Shown here piece after piece: positions 14,800 through 28,492 of a stretch of DNA of 64,000 nucleotides. The stretch is from positions 2,241,060-2,305,059 of the forward strand of contig BCIN01000003.1 in NCBI GenBank assembly GCA_039545335.1, read 5' to 3'. The first letter of the stretch is position 1. Each line of letters opens with the position of its first letter. Under the pieces are notes generated by a model that saw only the letters and a list, made by a program, of their open reading frames with translations, made no database searches and was not told where the DNA came from. The DNA is from Kondoa subrosea. Lineage: Eukaryota. Position numbers and translations under genes: made by a program.

Positions 14800-16657
14800 T
14801 CAAGGCCAGCGACTGGCCAGCCATTCAAATGCTCTCCATCTTGCGGTCTTCATCTTCCAACTTCTTAAGCTATGCTGCCAACTTTCGCTCATGGTCCGCA
14901 GTCTTTCAGTTCCCCTTTGCATTATCCAACATGGCAAGGTCCCTATAACATCATACACCATCCCTTCGACAGGCGATAGTGGTACATCTTCTTCTTCCGA
15001 GGGTGAAAAGTAGCGGACCATTCTTATCCTTTCCAATGTTGCGGCGACTTCTATGTCCACCTGACGGTCTCCGTCGTGCTTGACATCTCCCATCAACCAG
15101 CCTAACAAGAGAACAGCTAGTATACTGGAAGCCAAACTTGTCCTTGCTTCAATTGGAGCCACTATTGATGTAAGAGGGAACTGAGTAAGTATGCCATGTG
15201 GATCCCAGGATTCGACATCGCCATTGACTGCCCAGAAGAGGACGATAAGGGAGATGAGCAGAAAAGTGGCCAAAGGTCGAAATGCTTCAATCCGATCATT
15301 CACCAATCTGAGAAAGCGGAACCGGGAAGGCGAGTACTTTGCGCCAAATGGATTGAGAGAAGGCAGACCAATAGGAAAGATGAGGAGAGAGAGAAGAAAG
15401 AATGGCATTGCCCAAGCGAGAAGAGGGTAAGATATCGATAGGATGATATATCTTCCGTCCGAAAGACATCGAAGCAGGATACCCAGAAAGACCATGCTGT
15501 GCGCCAAAAGTGGCAAGAAAGTGCCTGGCGGTAATTGCGCTCGCCTCAGCGAAGGATAAGGTATCGGACCTCGAGCCTGTGTATAATGAATTTCGATAAA
15601 GTCTGAGACACAAAGGAACGAACCAAGCATTTGATCAATTCGACTGTATTTCCAAGGCTTGCGAGTAGCCATGTATACCAGAGAAATCCCAGAATTGGAT
15701 GGCTGGCTTCGAGCCGGCGCGGTAGAAGAGCATTGAAGTGGTAATAGTGAGCGCTTTCCGGTGTTAGACTAACTGCCACGGTAAGACAGACATAGAAGAA
15801 GTAGAATGTCGAATGTATGCAGTAAAGGCATCTGAGCACAGACACGTGAGCATGCTCAAGCATCGTTTCAGGCGAGCGCTTACTGAGAAGATACTATCTC
15901 GCTTGAGCTGTGTTTCCATTGAGCTTCGATAGCCAGAGCCAGTACAGGATGTAAAAAGATTGCTTTTAGGCTAGCTGTCCGCGGCACCCGCGTTAGCTGC
16001 AGTATAAGATCCACAACTATCAATCTTGTGAGCGTCAAGCATATCGTAGGCTGCGCTCGTACCTGATGCATGTCCCTCTGCTGCTCTTAATGGTAGAGGC
16101 TTGAACAGCATTTCGACGATAGCATCTTTCCCCGGTGTTTCTACCTCTTCTGATAGTGGCATGAATGCGGCAGTCGCATCCAGAATCAGAACAATGGCTA
16201 CAGCGCAAACCTCCTGATTCCGTTCTGACAAGGTTTGCGCTTTCAATGCCTGAGTGACACTCTGTTTGGAATTGAACAGTCTGCCGGGCAGAGTAGTTGT
16301 GATCAGATAGAGAAGAGCAGCCAGGACAAGAGCATCTTGATCTGGATTCTTCAGCATCGCAGGCGTGGCGACCAAGGCGACTGGCTTCGCATGATGCTTG
16401 AATGCCTCAATCGAGCGGTCGAGAGCTTCATAGCCGCATGAATTGAGTGCGGCTTCGTAGTAGCCCTGGTTCTCAGCATCCTGGGCCAGATCTGAATCTG
16501 CTGTGCTCGCAAAGAATGGTTTCGCGTCCAAACGCTTTATGATGCAGCTTGCTAATCCTTGAATATTGGGCTCGTTGCTTCGCGTAGGATATTTGCTTGC
16601 CCGCGCCGCTTCTTCGTCGCTCAGCTTAGCGAGTAAAGGAGTTCTTTCCGTAGGCAT
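14800..16657 (-). CDS. Multi-pass membrane protein (hypothetical; weak resemblance to TRP/Yvc1-type channels)
   Basis: N-terminal ERTPLL dileucine-type motif, a soluble domain, then several hydrophobic segments in ORFs 15546-15863 and 14800-15672. Confidence 0.55.
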
Positions 16658-16763
16658 TGGTTCGCAACAAACTAGGAGACATTTCTAATGCTTTGTAGAT
16701 TCACAAAGTCGAGCTTTGCATTTGTATCATATCATCAGCTCCTGTCATCATTCTAATCTCTGA

Positions 16764-17952
16764 TTAATCCTGCTTGAAGTCCCATTCGCTCAACCCAACG
16801 CTACCCCCTAGCTCTTTCCATTTTAGAAAGGCTTGTTCTTTGCGACGATGAGCCAGTCTGACAATTGAATCTTCTCCTTTCCAGTAGACTTCATGATCGT
16901 AGCTCTTGAAAGAGACATTCCCACCAAAATCATCTTGTGTCTGATCCTTGTCCAGCAAATTCTGAGTTTCTTTGGTACTGAACTTAAGCTTTTCTCGCGT
17001 GACTGGATCCAGTAACTACAGAACAGGTTTATATTTAGTAGCAGGAAAAAAGAAGAGAAAAAAAGACACGAACAGGTTTCATGATTGTGAAGAACCCTGG
17101 TGAGGGCAATGTCAGCTACCGATCTAGCACTCCTACGTTCGAATTACCTGTGACTAGCCAAGGAAGATTGATTACGAGAGCGTACGCCAAGCGTTCAGGC
17201 TAAGACCCTCCTCCTAAGCAATGCCGTTTCTCAAATGGGTGAGACCTACGTAGTGGTTCTGCAAAATATAAAGAGCCTCTTTGGCTTGTCTTAAATTAGG
17301 CTGAGAAGCTCGATCGCGAAAATTGATTAGGAGACCTAGTTTCTCAACACCTCGAGGCATAAGCCACTCTGCTAGTGACATGAAGTAGAACCTTTGCACA
17401 TACTGAGTGCTGTGTGATCAAAAGAATGAACGAATAACCTACATGTGATGAAGCTGGCGTGGGGAGTACTCAGTATTCTGGAGTGACGGACGGAGGTACC
17501 ACAATGGACTTCCTCTGAGATCGTAGCCATACCTATTCTGTTATGTAATTCAGCATATACTTCGAGGCAAGAACGACTAACAATATCTGCTTGCCTGTCT
17601 CCTGCTCAGGCGATATGTAGTCAGAAGTCCAAGTATCTACTTTCCATTCTCTTCGCCCTGCATAAGTCACATACGTGATCATCGTCGGAAGTATTATGAC
17701 AAGGGGGGACTTACACGCCAAAGTACGTTCAATCCGCTTGATCGCTTCTTCAGAGTTCCATTTAGTAGCTCTCAAGAAACGCTGCAGTGTCTCCGAGGTG
17801 AGATAAAATCTCTCTTCATCGGTGAGCTCTTGACTGGTCCAATGGATGAGAACAGCGTCATACAACACTCGCTCTTTGGAACTAAGCGGTTCTCTCTGAG
17901 CAGGTAGCGAAGTTGATGCAGGAGCCAGCGAAGGCGGACGAATGGGAGTCAT
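16764..17952 (-). CDS. CRAL-TRIO/Sec14-family lipid transfer protein (Pdr16/Sfh3-like)
   Basis: LQRFLRATKW, TLAWRREW, EQETGKQILLGYD, YILQNHYPERL, DPVTREKLKF, YDHEVYW. Confidence 0.9.
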
Positions 17953-18116
17953 GTGATGTGATGTGATGGTTGTTTTACACCAAGGCTATGAGAAGAAGCA
18001 CTTCATCATCGTTGGAGGTTTGGCGAATTACTTTGGAGCCAAACCGTCTTTTGTCGCCTGCTACATTGATCGCTCGTCTTATATGGACGTCTGATGGCCC
18101 CTGAGCCGGCAGTAAG

Positions 18117-21100
18117 ATGGCCAGCGAGAAGAGCTTGCCAATTCGGCGCATCAACAACTTGGAGAGTTCGTACATAGTGAATAGCAACGCACGACCGCGG
18201 CAATGTAGAAGCATGTTGGATCTCAATATAGACAAACCTCTACCAGCTATAGTCTCAGCTGAATGGCATGCTACCTCTGCAAAATCCATGACCGGCGAGG
18301 GGGAAAGCTCGGACTGGCTTCGCGATATCTCTCCTGTTTCGCCTGCTATACAAGCTTCTTCTTCTAGACTCGATGATCCTGCACCTCTTCCTCCTCCCTC
18401 GCTTCCGGAAAATGAAATATCAGATTCGTTCAAGATCCGCCCGAAAGGGATGAAGAAGAAGACTAGCTTTCTGGGCCTCAGCTTACGCTCACAGATCTCC
18501 GAGAATGAGCAACCACGTCCTTCAACGCGAAAATCGCAGAGCTTTTCGGAACAGAAACAGTTTATACCACCTTTGGGTCGACGACGAACTCAGGACACTT
18601 TACGCGCTGCATCCGAAGATGAGAACGGACAGAAGTATGAGCTTGGGGGTGATGCGCAGCATGTGGCTGGTCTTGGGATTGGCTTGCCCGAAAATACTCC
18701 GCAAAGCAAGGGCAAAGGGAAAGCAGAAGAAACTCCGCTAGTATCCAAGAAAAGATCAGCTTCGGGTGAGCGACCAGCAACCGCAACACGGAAGAGTGGT
18801 TTTGCATCCTTTTTCCGCAAAACAAGTGCACCTGTTCAGCTTCCAACGGAAAGCATCAGTGCAACGGAGGAACATGTTCCCGTTCCCATTCCTCAACTGC
18901 CTTCTCTAGGCTCATTTGGAGGTAGTCTTTCCATGGAAAGAGCATTCAGCGAAGGATCACCTTCCTCTTCACTCAATAGCTCACCACCTTTGCCACACAA
19001 ACGAGGCCGGTCTGGGTCTGCAAGCAGATGGAGTTTCACTCTGGGACATCAAACAACTGTCGACGCAGTAAATATACCCTCACCATCTTCCACGAGGATG
19101 CGAAGAAGCATGTCGACGTCGTCAGCGTCTACAAGCATTGCCCAAGCTTCTTCAATCCCACAAACGGCCTCTCCTCTCGCCTCGCCAATCCTGGTACCCA
19201 TTCAGATCAACTCCAGATCTTTGACGCCTGTGCAAGCAACGTCGGCAACGCCAAAGTCACTCACCTTTGTCACACCTGATGCAGGAGAAGTCATGAAATC
19301 CTCGTCAGGCAGTCTTACCAACACAGCAACCATCAGAATGCGCCGGAGAAGCTCTGTATCATCTGCCACCAGCTCAATGACCAGTTCCGTCCTACAGTCC
19401 ATCAGCCCGTTTGCAACGAGAACGGGTCTCAAAGACACCTCTGATGAATTGCGTCCACCTTCAAGAGGATCTTTGTTGAGCATCGCTCGCACATCAGAAC
19501 CTACCTTGATGGATTTGGCAAACGAGGACTTGGAGCAAACTCAAATGGAATCAATTGCTGATCCTGTGGCCATACCTGATAGCGACCACTCCACTAAACG
19601 AGCCAGATCAGCTAGCAGCCCACTAGCAATTGCAACAGATGCTGTATCTGGCTTCTTCTTTGGACGACATCGCTCGCCTTCGAGCACATCCCTCTTCTCT
19701 TCATCGCCTATCAAAGCTTCCCCCTCGTCTCTTTCTGTACCACGTCCTTTGTTCACTCGTTCCATGTCAGGCAGGTCGGCTACCTCTTCCACTACCTCCT
19801 TGAACGACATGGGCACTTCTGGGGAAACGACCAGCACATCACCTACATCAGTCGATCCGGACGAGATGGGCAGGCAGCAGAGCTCGATTGGATCGCCCAT
19901 GCTTGGTAGTCCGGCTAAACCGATGTCTCTACCCGCTGTTCAGGGAGATGACACGCCTGAGACATATTTACGGAAGCTACAGGACATTTGTAGCAGGTCT
20001 ACCATAGCTACCATGCTCTCTTCTAGGTACGCTTGAATCTAGCTTTTGCTTGACACCATTTTTGCTAGCTTTTCTTGCTTGCTGATACAATTTCCGGCAG
20101 GAAAGAACCTTTCTATGCCGAATCTCTAGGCATATACATGCAGTCCTTTGACTTTCAACGGATACCTATAGACATAGCTCTACGCAAACTTCTGTCTGAG
20201 CTCTTACTGCCGCCCGAGACTCAGCAGATCGATCGCGTCATGGAAGCGTTCGCTCAGCGCTATCAAAAGGAAAACCCTAATTTCTTCACTCATAGCGGTC
20301 AGTGGTGAACCATCAGTAAAAAGTAAATGCTGATTGCCTACCTTGTGGGTATAGATCAAGCTTATGTACTCGCTTTCTCGCTCATTATGCTACATACCGA
20401 TTGCTTCAACAAGAATAACAAGAATCGAATGACTAAAGCTGACTATATACGCAATACGAAAATCGAAGGGGTTTCGGAACTTTTGCTTTCGTATCTGTAT
20501 GACAACATTACCTATACTCGCTTTCTGTTTGTTGAAGATAGTACCGACGTGAACGGCCAAAGACTAGTCACAAAACAGCAAGCATTGATGACGCCCTCGA
20601 AATCGAAATCAAAGATCAATCCTTATGCTATGATTGCTCAGGTAAGCCCATGTTGCTCACTGAGGATCAAATCTCACGCTGTACCACGCAGGGTATGATT
20701 CGTGATCTGCAAGTCGAAGTCGAGCTACATGTGCCGAAGAAAAGTACGCAGGTTTGCTGCTGCTGGCCTGTGATAGCTCTGACGATTATAACAGATCCCT
20801 TTAGCTATTGTGGAACCACGCCATTCTTCAATCAAAGTGTAGGCAAGCTCTTGACAAATCGGCTGTAACTGATTCTGAACAGGACTTGCATCGAGCTCTT
20901 TTGCACGCACCAGCTTTGAAGTTGCCTCGAACGAATCTGTCCAACAGTCAGAAAGACCCTGATAGCCTAACTAGTCAGATGATTGCTGGTAGCCCGCTGC
21001 CAGGAATCGGTTTGAGCCCAATAGTTGTTTTCCCGCTCAACAAAGAAGAACCTACAACCATCCGAATCACTAAGGTTGGATTGCTACTTAGGCAGAACGA

Positions 21101-22120
21101 AAAGGGTAAATGGAAAACGTGGAGTGTCATTCTTACGGGTAGTCAAATGCTCCTATTCGTATGTCATCATTCGCCGACTATTGCTATTGCTCAGACCGTC
21201 CTTGCACAGAAATCCCACACCTGGGCGAATCATTTGTCTATGCAAATGGAAGCTGGCGAAAAGAATCTTACATGGCCTTCCTCGGACTTCAAACCCGACG
21301 AAATCATCTCCCTAGATACCAAAGTTGCTCTCTTCGACTGGACCTATATAACGACTCCCCATACCTTCTCTTTAGTGCCCTTGAATGGCTCTGCCCAACT
21401 GTATCAAACATCGGATGCAACGGAAACCAACGAATGGATTGCGGCAATAAATTACGCAAGTGCATTTAAAACTGCTGGAGTGCGCATGAGGACAGCTGCT
21501 GCCCCAGTCACCACACTTGGTCCGCGTCGCATAGCGAATATCAGAGCCAACAGCTTTCACGGTCAAAGAGAAGCTACTGTGCGACCAGAGATAGCGTATA
21601 CACCTGTCAGATCTGTCGATGATTCGTTCACTCTGCTCAAACCAAAGAATGAGCGGTTGATCTTCTCTTCCAGTGGCCAAGTTGTCGGACGCGCACCTGG
21701 TGGAGATCCAAATTGGGAAGATGAAGGTGTTTTTGAGCAATACACGCAAGCCAATTTCATCAACCAGGGTGATGACTACAAAAGAGCTACGCGCTCTCAA
21801 ATCATCAAAGTTTGCTTCGCGTTCAGTCGAGCCCACGCATGATAGCTGACAGTCCATTTGCACAGCTAAAGATTGCAGACCTCGAAGCGCGAATTTCAAC
21901 AGACAAGACAGCTCTGCAGACTGCGCTTAAAGAAGCGGAAGCACTAGGTCTGCTTACACCTTTCCGCCCGACGACTAGAAAATCCGTTCAAGAAGCAGTA
22001 GTCACATTGGGCGTCAAAGTACGCACATTGCGGAGAAGTATTGCTGCCAGAGTTGTCACTCGAGAGGTATTGGCCCGGGACTTGCTGGCCGACGAAAGAG
22101 AACACGCAAGGACTCATTGA
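18117..22120 (+). CDS. Sec7-domain ARF guanine nucleotide exchange factor with PH domain (Syt1-like)
   Basis: IDIALRKLL..LLLPPETQQIDRVMEAFAQRY, AYVLAFSLIMLHTD (Sec7); KVGLLLR..KWKTWSVILTGSQML...NEWIAAINYAS (PH); Ser-rich N-terminus. Confidence 0.9.
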
Positions 22121-22264
22121 CATCGGATGTCATTCTGTAAACATTTGCCCAGCATATATGTATTTTGTTTGGAATTCTTGCATATATATACGATAGGATT
22201 ACGGCATCCACTCCATAAGTTCCGAGCGCAATCGATTATCGACTTAGACTTGTACAGCGAATGA

Positions 22265-25200
22265 ATGGCTTCACAGTTGTTCAAATCACTCAGAAGCGAA
22301 GAGCACCAGACTGCTATCGCCTTGGCGCATGAAGCGCTCCAAAACGATGACCTGCGGTTTCCAAGAAAGGCAGATTTCTTGCTCGAATGGCTTCTGGAGA
22401 AAATGTTGAAATGTAAAGATGAGACCAGGTAAGGCTACATGTGGACCTGTGAAGATCAAGGGAATGTTAATACATGTGATGTCAGGCCATCTTGCTTGCT
22501 GGGTCTTCATACAGCTTGGAAACTACTGCATGAATTGTTGGAAAAATCTACTTTGGAAAGCGCAACCTTTCTGGACGGTCTACTGTCTAGAGTACCTACT
22601 GTACCTATCTTGAACTCTTTCTTACAATTGATACCTCAACTGGAACACTTGATTATCAACGAAGCAACATCCTGTTTCAAAGTAATGCTTCCTCTGGCTG
22701 CAGGGAAAATCAACATAGATCTAACGCTGGAGAATTTTACCCACTGCTTCAAATTGGCGGCAACGGAAGATGCTTCAAAGGCGAACAGCCTTTTGGATCT
22801 GCTGTTAGGTGAATGCAGGAATGCTCTAGTTGCAGGTGGACCAGCTGCGCGAAAGAAGGTGCGTTGACACGGAATGCAGGCTACGATGCAGCTTACGAGA
22901 AGCGAAGGCATCAATTCACTTTCTATCGACCTGCTTGCCAGATTACATGACTTATGCTATAACCTCAACTGCAAATACAACGAATGATACTGTCACTCGT
23001 TTTGCGGATGAAATAATATGGGACGTCACACATTTGACGAAGCTGGTCGAACACCCTGGACAAATGCAAGAGTCTGGACTTTTTCGGCTGTTGGCCAAGG
23101 ATCAAGGTACAGCCAAACTCGACGCTTTCCTTCCCATTCTCTTCAGTAGCTTTGTCGATGGAATTCGAAAGCATAGCGGTACTCTACTTGCAAGCTCTGC
23201 TTCCACCTCCAAATCCGTTGTCGAACATCAATCTGCTACATTACTGCGCAGCTCTTCGTGTCACTTCTTTCGCGCTTGCGCACAGATTCATTCAAGCAAA
23301 CAGTCTCTTCTTGACCTCTGCAAGATCGTGCAGGTGCAGAATGTTTACACGGTCGATCCGACGTGCGCCTGGACGAAAGTCATTCACGAAGCATTGTCTG
23401 CTGTCGGAAACCCATTGCAAGACATTGAATCAAATGATGAGAATTTCCTTGCTATGGAGCTTTTATACACGCTTGCAGCGATCGATTTCGCTCTGCTTGA
23501 ACCGTACCTGGAATCAATCTGTACTGCAGTGGCAATTGATTCAAAATCGTCACAACCTGTTCTGGCAACTCTGCGCGAAAACTTCAGCCACAATCATAAA
23601 CTATCTGATTACCTCGACCTCCTTATCAGAAGCTCACCCAAAAGCCGACTAGTCGCAGCAGAGGCGCGAGTGCTGGGAAATCAGATCAATCAGTCGCTCG
23701 AGTATCCTCACATCCTATCTCTGGTCTCAAGCTATATGGCCACGATATCAGACGCAATAGAAGAAATCAGCTCAAATATCCCTTCGCCGGCCAAGAAACA
23801 TAAAAGCAGCCTGGGGAGCAGACCGTCGGCTCTGCAAAACTTACAATGTATGAGTGACATCTTGTTCCTCCTTTTGAACAACGCGAAAATACCATCAAGT
23901 GATAAGGTCGCATTCAGGGATCTGCTAGTGACGAATCAACAAGCTGTTATGGCCGACTATGATTCGAGGGATGCGCTTCAGGTGGAATTTCTAGCCAATC
24001 TTCAGACAGCTATAGCGAGATTATACCTGGAAACAGATAATCACCAAGATGAAGCGTCTCAGCCTTCCTCAATCTTGGATTTGGATGCGTTGCTAGATCC
24101 AGAAGCGAATATCGATCTGAAATATCAATCTGTGGGTTCGGACGATTGCAAACTGTAGTAGTGTTGATTTCAGCCACAGGCCTCTGCCTTACTGGACACT
24201 TTGCCAGCAAAATTAGATCGTGCAATGTTGGAAAAAGTATTTGCCTTGGCAACGGACAGGAATATCGATGGCAATGGTCCACGAGTTAACGACTTCAAGA
24301 ATCTGCTCATCATGCATGCAGCTTCTCTAGAGTGATTCTCATTTCATTAACACATGCACGAGAGCTGAAACTTATATAGGCTGTCGGCATCAGATGAGCA
24401 GATTGACAAACTTGCCGTAATCTGCTTGGAGACTGAAGAGACCCTTCATATGGCGCCGATTCTCGAGTTGCGAAGACTTCGAGGTAGGTCATACTGTCTT
24501 TCATGCAGTTGATGAAGGTTTACAGTATTTTGCTCAGTTTCCATATCTCGAGCTCTGCTCAATGTTGTACTCCAGCATACATCGAATCTTGGCTTGCCCT
24601 CTCAGCTCACGACGATTCCGGTCAAGTACCTTGTTCCTGGTATTCTTAAAGAATTCGTAAACCATTTGAAGAGCATGGACGGCCACCTTTTTCTAATGAA
24701 GAGCGGGTCAAACGCACGCGAAGAAGTGCTTCACAGACTCCTGTCGTCTTCCACCGTTGCGCATGACCTGGCCGATGCTTCCTGGATAGCCAAGCTTCTG
24801 GGAACAGCTTTTACGGCAAAACCTGATCAGTTGGATACAAGTCTACTCGCTAAGCTTCTTTCGTGGGTCGCCCTTTAAGTGCTAAATTTTGCGCCTATGC
24901 CTTATGCTTGTTTGAGTAGAAATCATCTAAAACATGCCAAGATGGACTCTAATCTATTAAAGACGGTTCCCGATCTGCTCTATCAAATCATCGCACGAGC
25001 TTCTTCAACCGATTCAGCAGAGCAGTGGCGAGTCTATATTCTCACGCTCCGAGTCTTTTCCCGAGATCTAGGCAACGTGACTTTGCCAAAGGAAGACCAG
25101 CAACGCATGAAGTCTTCGGTCGCCAAATTCGTTGAAGCTTCCGCTCAATACCTACAAGAATCCAGAGATGCGGTTCGCGACAACTTACAACTATGTCTGA

Positions 25201-26583
25201 CAGTGATGGTCGCTTGCGCTTGGTTGGAGCTCGATTGTCCCGAGTCTGTTTCCAAGATTGCGCCAGCGTCGCTTCAGAGAGCCTTGCGCGATGTCTCGAA
25301 GGTCTCAGCGCAGGAAGCCGAAAAGCATATACAGCTGCTGGCTTTCCAAATTCGCCAAGCTCCAGATCTATTCTCTGGACTTTTGGTTGTTTACTTCGGT
25401 GTCTTCCTTGAATTTAGCAAGGTGCACACAGGTCAAGGTATATTCCTGTCATTTGTGAAGTCTTCAGAATGCGCTAAGCGACAACTGCAGAAATGCAAAT
25501 GACTTTTGCCGCTGGTCTGGACAAGATCTCGTTGGCGGATTTCATGCTGGCATTAAGCCATATCGAAAACTATTTCGCTTCCACAAACGTACGGGATACT
25601 GCCGCATCTTTACAAGCGTCAAGAGCCTTGCTCGGTGTATCGCCAGATGGTGAGCTCCCGAGCAAGTAAATTTGCCTACCGCTTATCGGCAATCAGGTTC
25701 TTCCCAAGCATGTAGAGATCATCTTGTAAGGATGACTGCAATGATAGAACAGCGAATTTATGCGCAAGATGATACCAAGTCGTTCATAGCGTCATGTCTA
25801 TTTACCGCTCAGTATGTGCATGCTGTGGTTATGTCCAAAGTAAGTTGGTCACAGATGCCGCGGACCGAGGTTCATGAACTACAATAGGCAACCACGTTGG
25901 ACCGGAGTACCGTAGCAGGTTTACTCGCTGTCCTTTCAAGCCTTCTGTCTGGAAGAATGTCTCCCTCCTCGGTATTGATCACAAGGGATACGGACAGCTG
26001 TCAAGACATATTTGGGCATATTGTCGACGCTCTGTCTCACTTGATGCGCCATCGCAAAGATTGTCTCATCTCCAATTTTCCTCAACTGATCAACATCACC
26101 TCTAAGCTTATCTACATTCTTACTCGCTCTTCTTTACCTATACACCCAAGGAGCAAGTCAGAAACCGATCGCTTTGCAACTTTTCCCGACTGGGTCATTG
26201 TTGGCGGACCAGATGCATTGGACAGGGAAGCAGCTCGCCGGCTCTCCCGACTACTCCTAACCTTTACCTCCAAATCCTCTTCGAGCCAGTCACGGAAGAA
26301 ATTTTCCTCTGCTCCTGTCACGCTGTTGGGTCCTTTATCGAAACATGCCCCGTTCTTTCTGTACAGCTATTTGAAGATGTGCACTGATAACGCTGCACCG
26401 CTCAAGGCTCATCTCAGAGCAGCATTAGCATCCGGTATCTACGAATGGATGGAAGTGATGGGCCGTCATGAAAGGGAAGCGTTAATGAGTGGATTTCTTG
26501 GTCTGGAAGAGGTTGCGGAAAGAGCACTACTGAAGAACATGTGGAAGGAGACCGATAGAAGGAAGTACAAGGGGCAAGCATAA
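22265..26583 (+). CDS. URB2: Urb2/Npa2 family nucleolar pre-60S protein
   Basis: N-terminal FPRKADFLLEWL, a long helical body, and C-terminal SKHAPFFL..Y...GIYEWMEVM..HERE...ERALLKNMW....KYKG typical of the Urb2 domain. Confidence 0.75.
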
Positions 26584-26694
26584 CATTTGTTCGCATGCCT
26601 TAGTGACCTGCACTCCGAGTTATGATTGACTCCTGAAACCGCGACCATTCTCATCTTGACTCTTCCTTACCGCATCAAGAGAGAGGTCCGCAAC

Positions 26695-28386
26695 ATGCCA
26701 TCCTTCACCAACATCTGGCTTGTCTCCTCCCCGAGAGACTCTAATTCTGATGACGAGCAAATGTCGGACCTCGCAGCCAAATTGCAACCAGGGACTCAAG
26801 TACCTCTAGTACATTCTGCTACATTGCCAGGGACCAAACATACCGATGCTCAAAATCGCACACTGCCTGCTCTGGGATCAATCAAGACTCCTGAATTCAA
26901 AACTGGCACTCTATCGTCTCTCTTGAACGTGTCTGATACCCTGGCTAAGCATGATTCCGTCTTTACTGGCATACTGGCGAAGATGGTAGACACTATTCGC
27001 TCGTTGGATCCGAATGAAGTGCAGCGTAAGTTCTCAGGCCTCCATGTTTCCTCCTTTTCATGCTTACTACTTGGTATAAGGTAACCTGGTTATGGATGAT
27101 GGAAGACCTTTCGAATCCTATATCCTGGACGGGTGGGAATGGAACAGAGCCAAATTCAGAACAGAAGGCAGACCGCTGGAGGATCTGGTCGATAGTTTCT
27201 CAAAGGTAAGCTTCTGCTTGGATTTTTAATGTGGGTTTGTCCTATAGGAACAAATTTTATAGGATATGGCTGCTTTGGACTCGATTCACAAGCAGAAGTT
27301 GTCGAATTATAACCTTGCGAAAGGGCAATTGACAGCACTTGTACGGAAACAGACGTGCGTTCTATTCTTCCTCGTTGACCTTGGTATCTGGAAATGAATA
27401 TCGCGACACGCAGAGGCAATCTAGCGACTCGTGATCTAGCAGCAGTAATCAACAAAACAGATGTACCTGAAGCAATCAAGACTTCAGAATACATGGATGT
27501 GGTCTATGTTGCAGTACCGAAGTATGTTCCAATCAATTCATATCTGCTGCTGCTTCATCTTAATCTGGCAGAAACAATGCAAAAGAATGGGAATCAAAGT
27601 ATGAACGCTTGACGCAAATGGTCGTGCCTCGTTCGTCAAAGTGAGTTCGCTCGCTCTGTCGTCGTGTCTATTTGATTGGCTCTATTTCGCAGCAAGATAG
27701 CATCAGACGAAGAATACATCTTGTATACTGCAATCGTCTTCAAGAGAGTCAAGGACGAGTTTACACAGCGTTGCAGAGAAGAGAAGTATGTTTTTCTGTT
27801 TTGGTGGTTTGTGATACTAATAGCTGCTTGAGATTCACTGTCCGAGAATTCGAATACGATGAAGCAGCGCTTCTCAAACAGCAAAGGGAGATGGAAGAGC
27901 TCAAGCACTCGGAAAGAGATCTATGGGTTTGCAACGTCATACGATTGTATGTTGATGCTATGCTAATGAGCTCTGTACAGGCCGAACTTCTTCGAGTGTC
28001 CAGAATCAACTATTCAGAAGGCCTCGAACTGCTCGTGCATCTCAAAGTTGTTCGGGGTTTCGTAGAAAGCGTGCTTCGGTATGGGTTACCAGCAAGCTAC
28101 TTTTCTGCCTTTATCAAGGTACACATTTACCTTTCAACTTCGTTATTCAATCTGACTGAAATCCGAATATCAGCCTGATCCAAAGAACTCAAAGAAACTG
28201 GTCAATCACCTGAATGCTTACTTCACACCACTTGTACCGGCATCCAAAAACGGTAAAGGCCAGAAAGGTGATTCCGGAGGGGATGATCTGCTTGTCGGCG
28301 AATACGCAAGCGTCATGGAAGCTGAAGTCTTTCCTTTTGTATTGTTTGAGATCCATGATCCTGAGATACTTGATGGAAGTCGCTAG
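26695..28386 (+). CDS. VMA5: V-type H+-ATPase subunit C
   Basis: PEFKTGTLSSLL, WEWNRAKF, GNLATRDL, YERLTQMVVPRS, HLKVVRGFVESVLRYGLP. Confidence 0.95.
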
Positions 28387-28492
28387 AGTAATGTAAATCT
28401 AGAATTTTAATTCCTTCTGCTCTTCTTCTCGCACATTAGACATATACGGGCTTGAGAAACCTCAAGCGAATAGAAGACAAGATATGATCGCA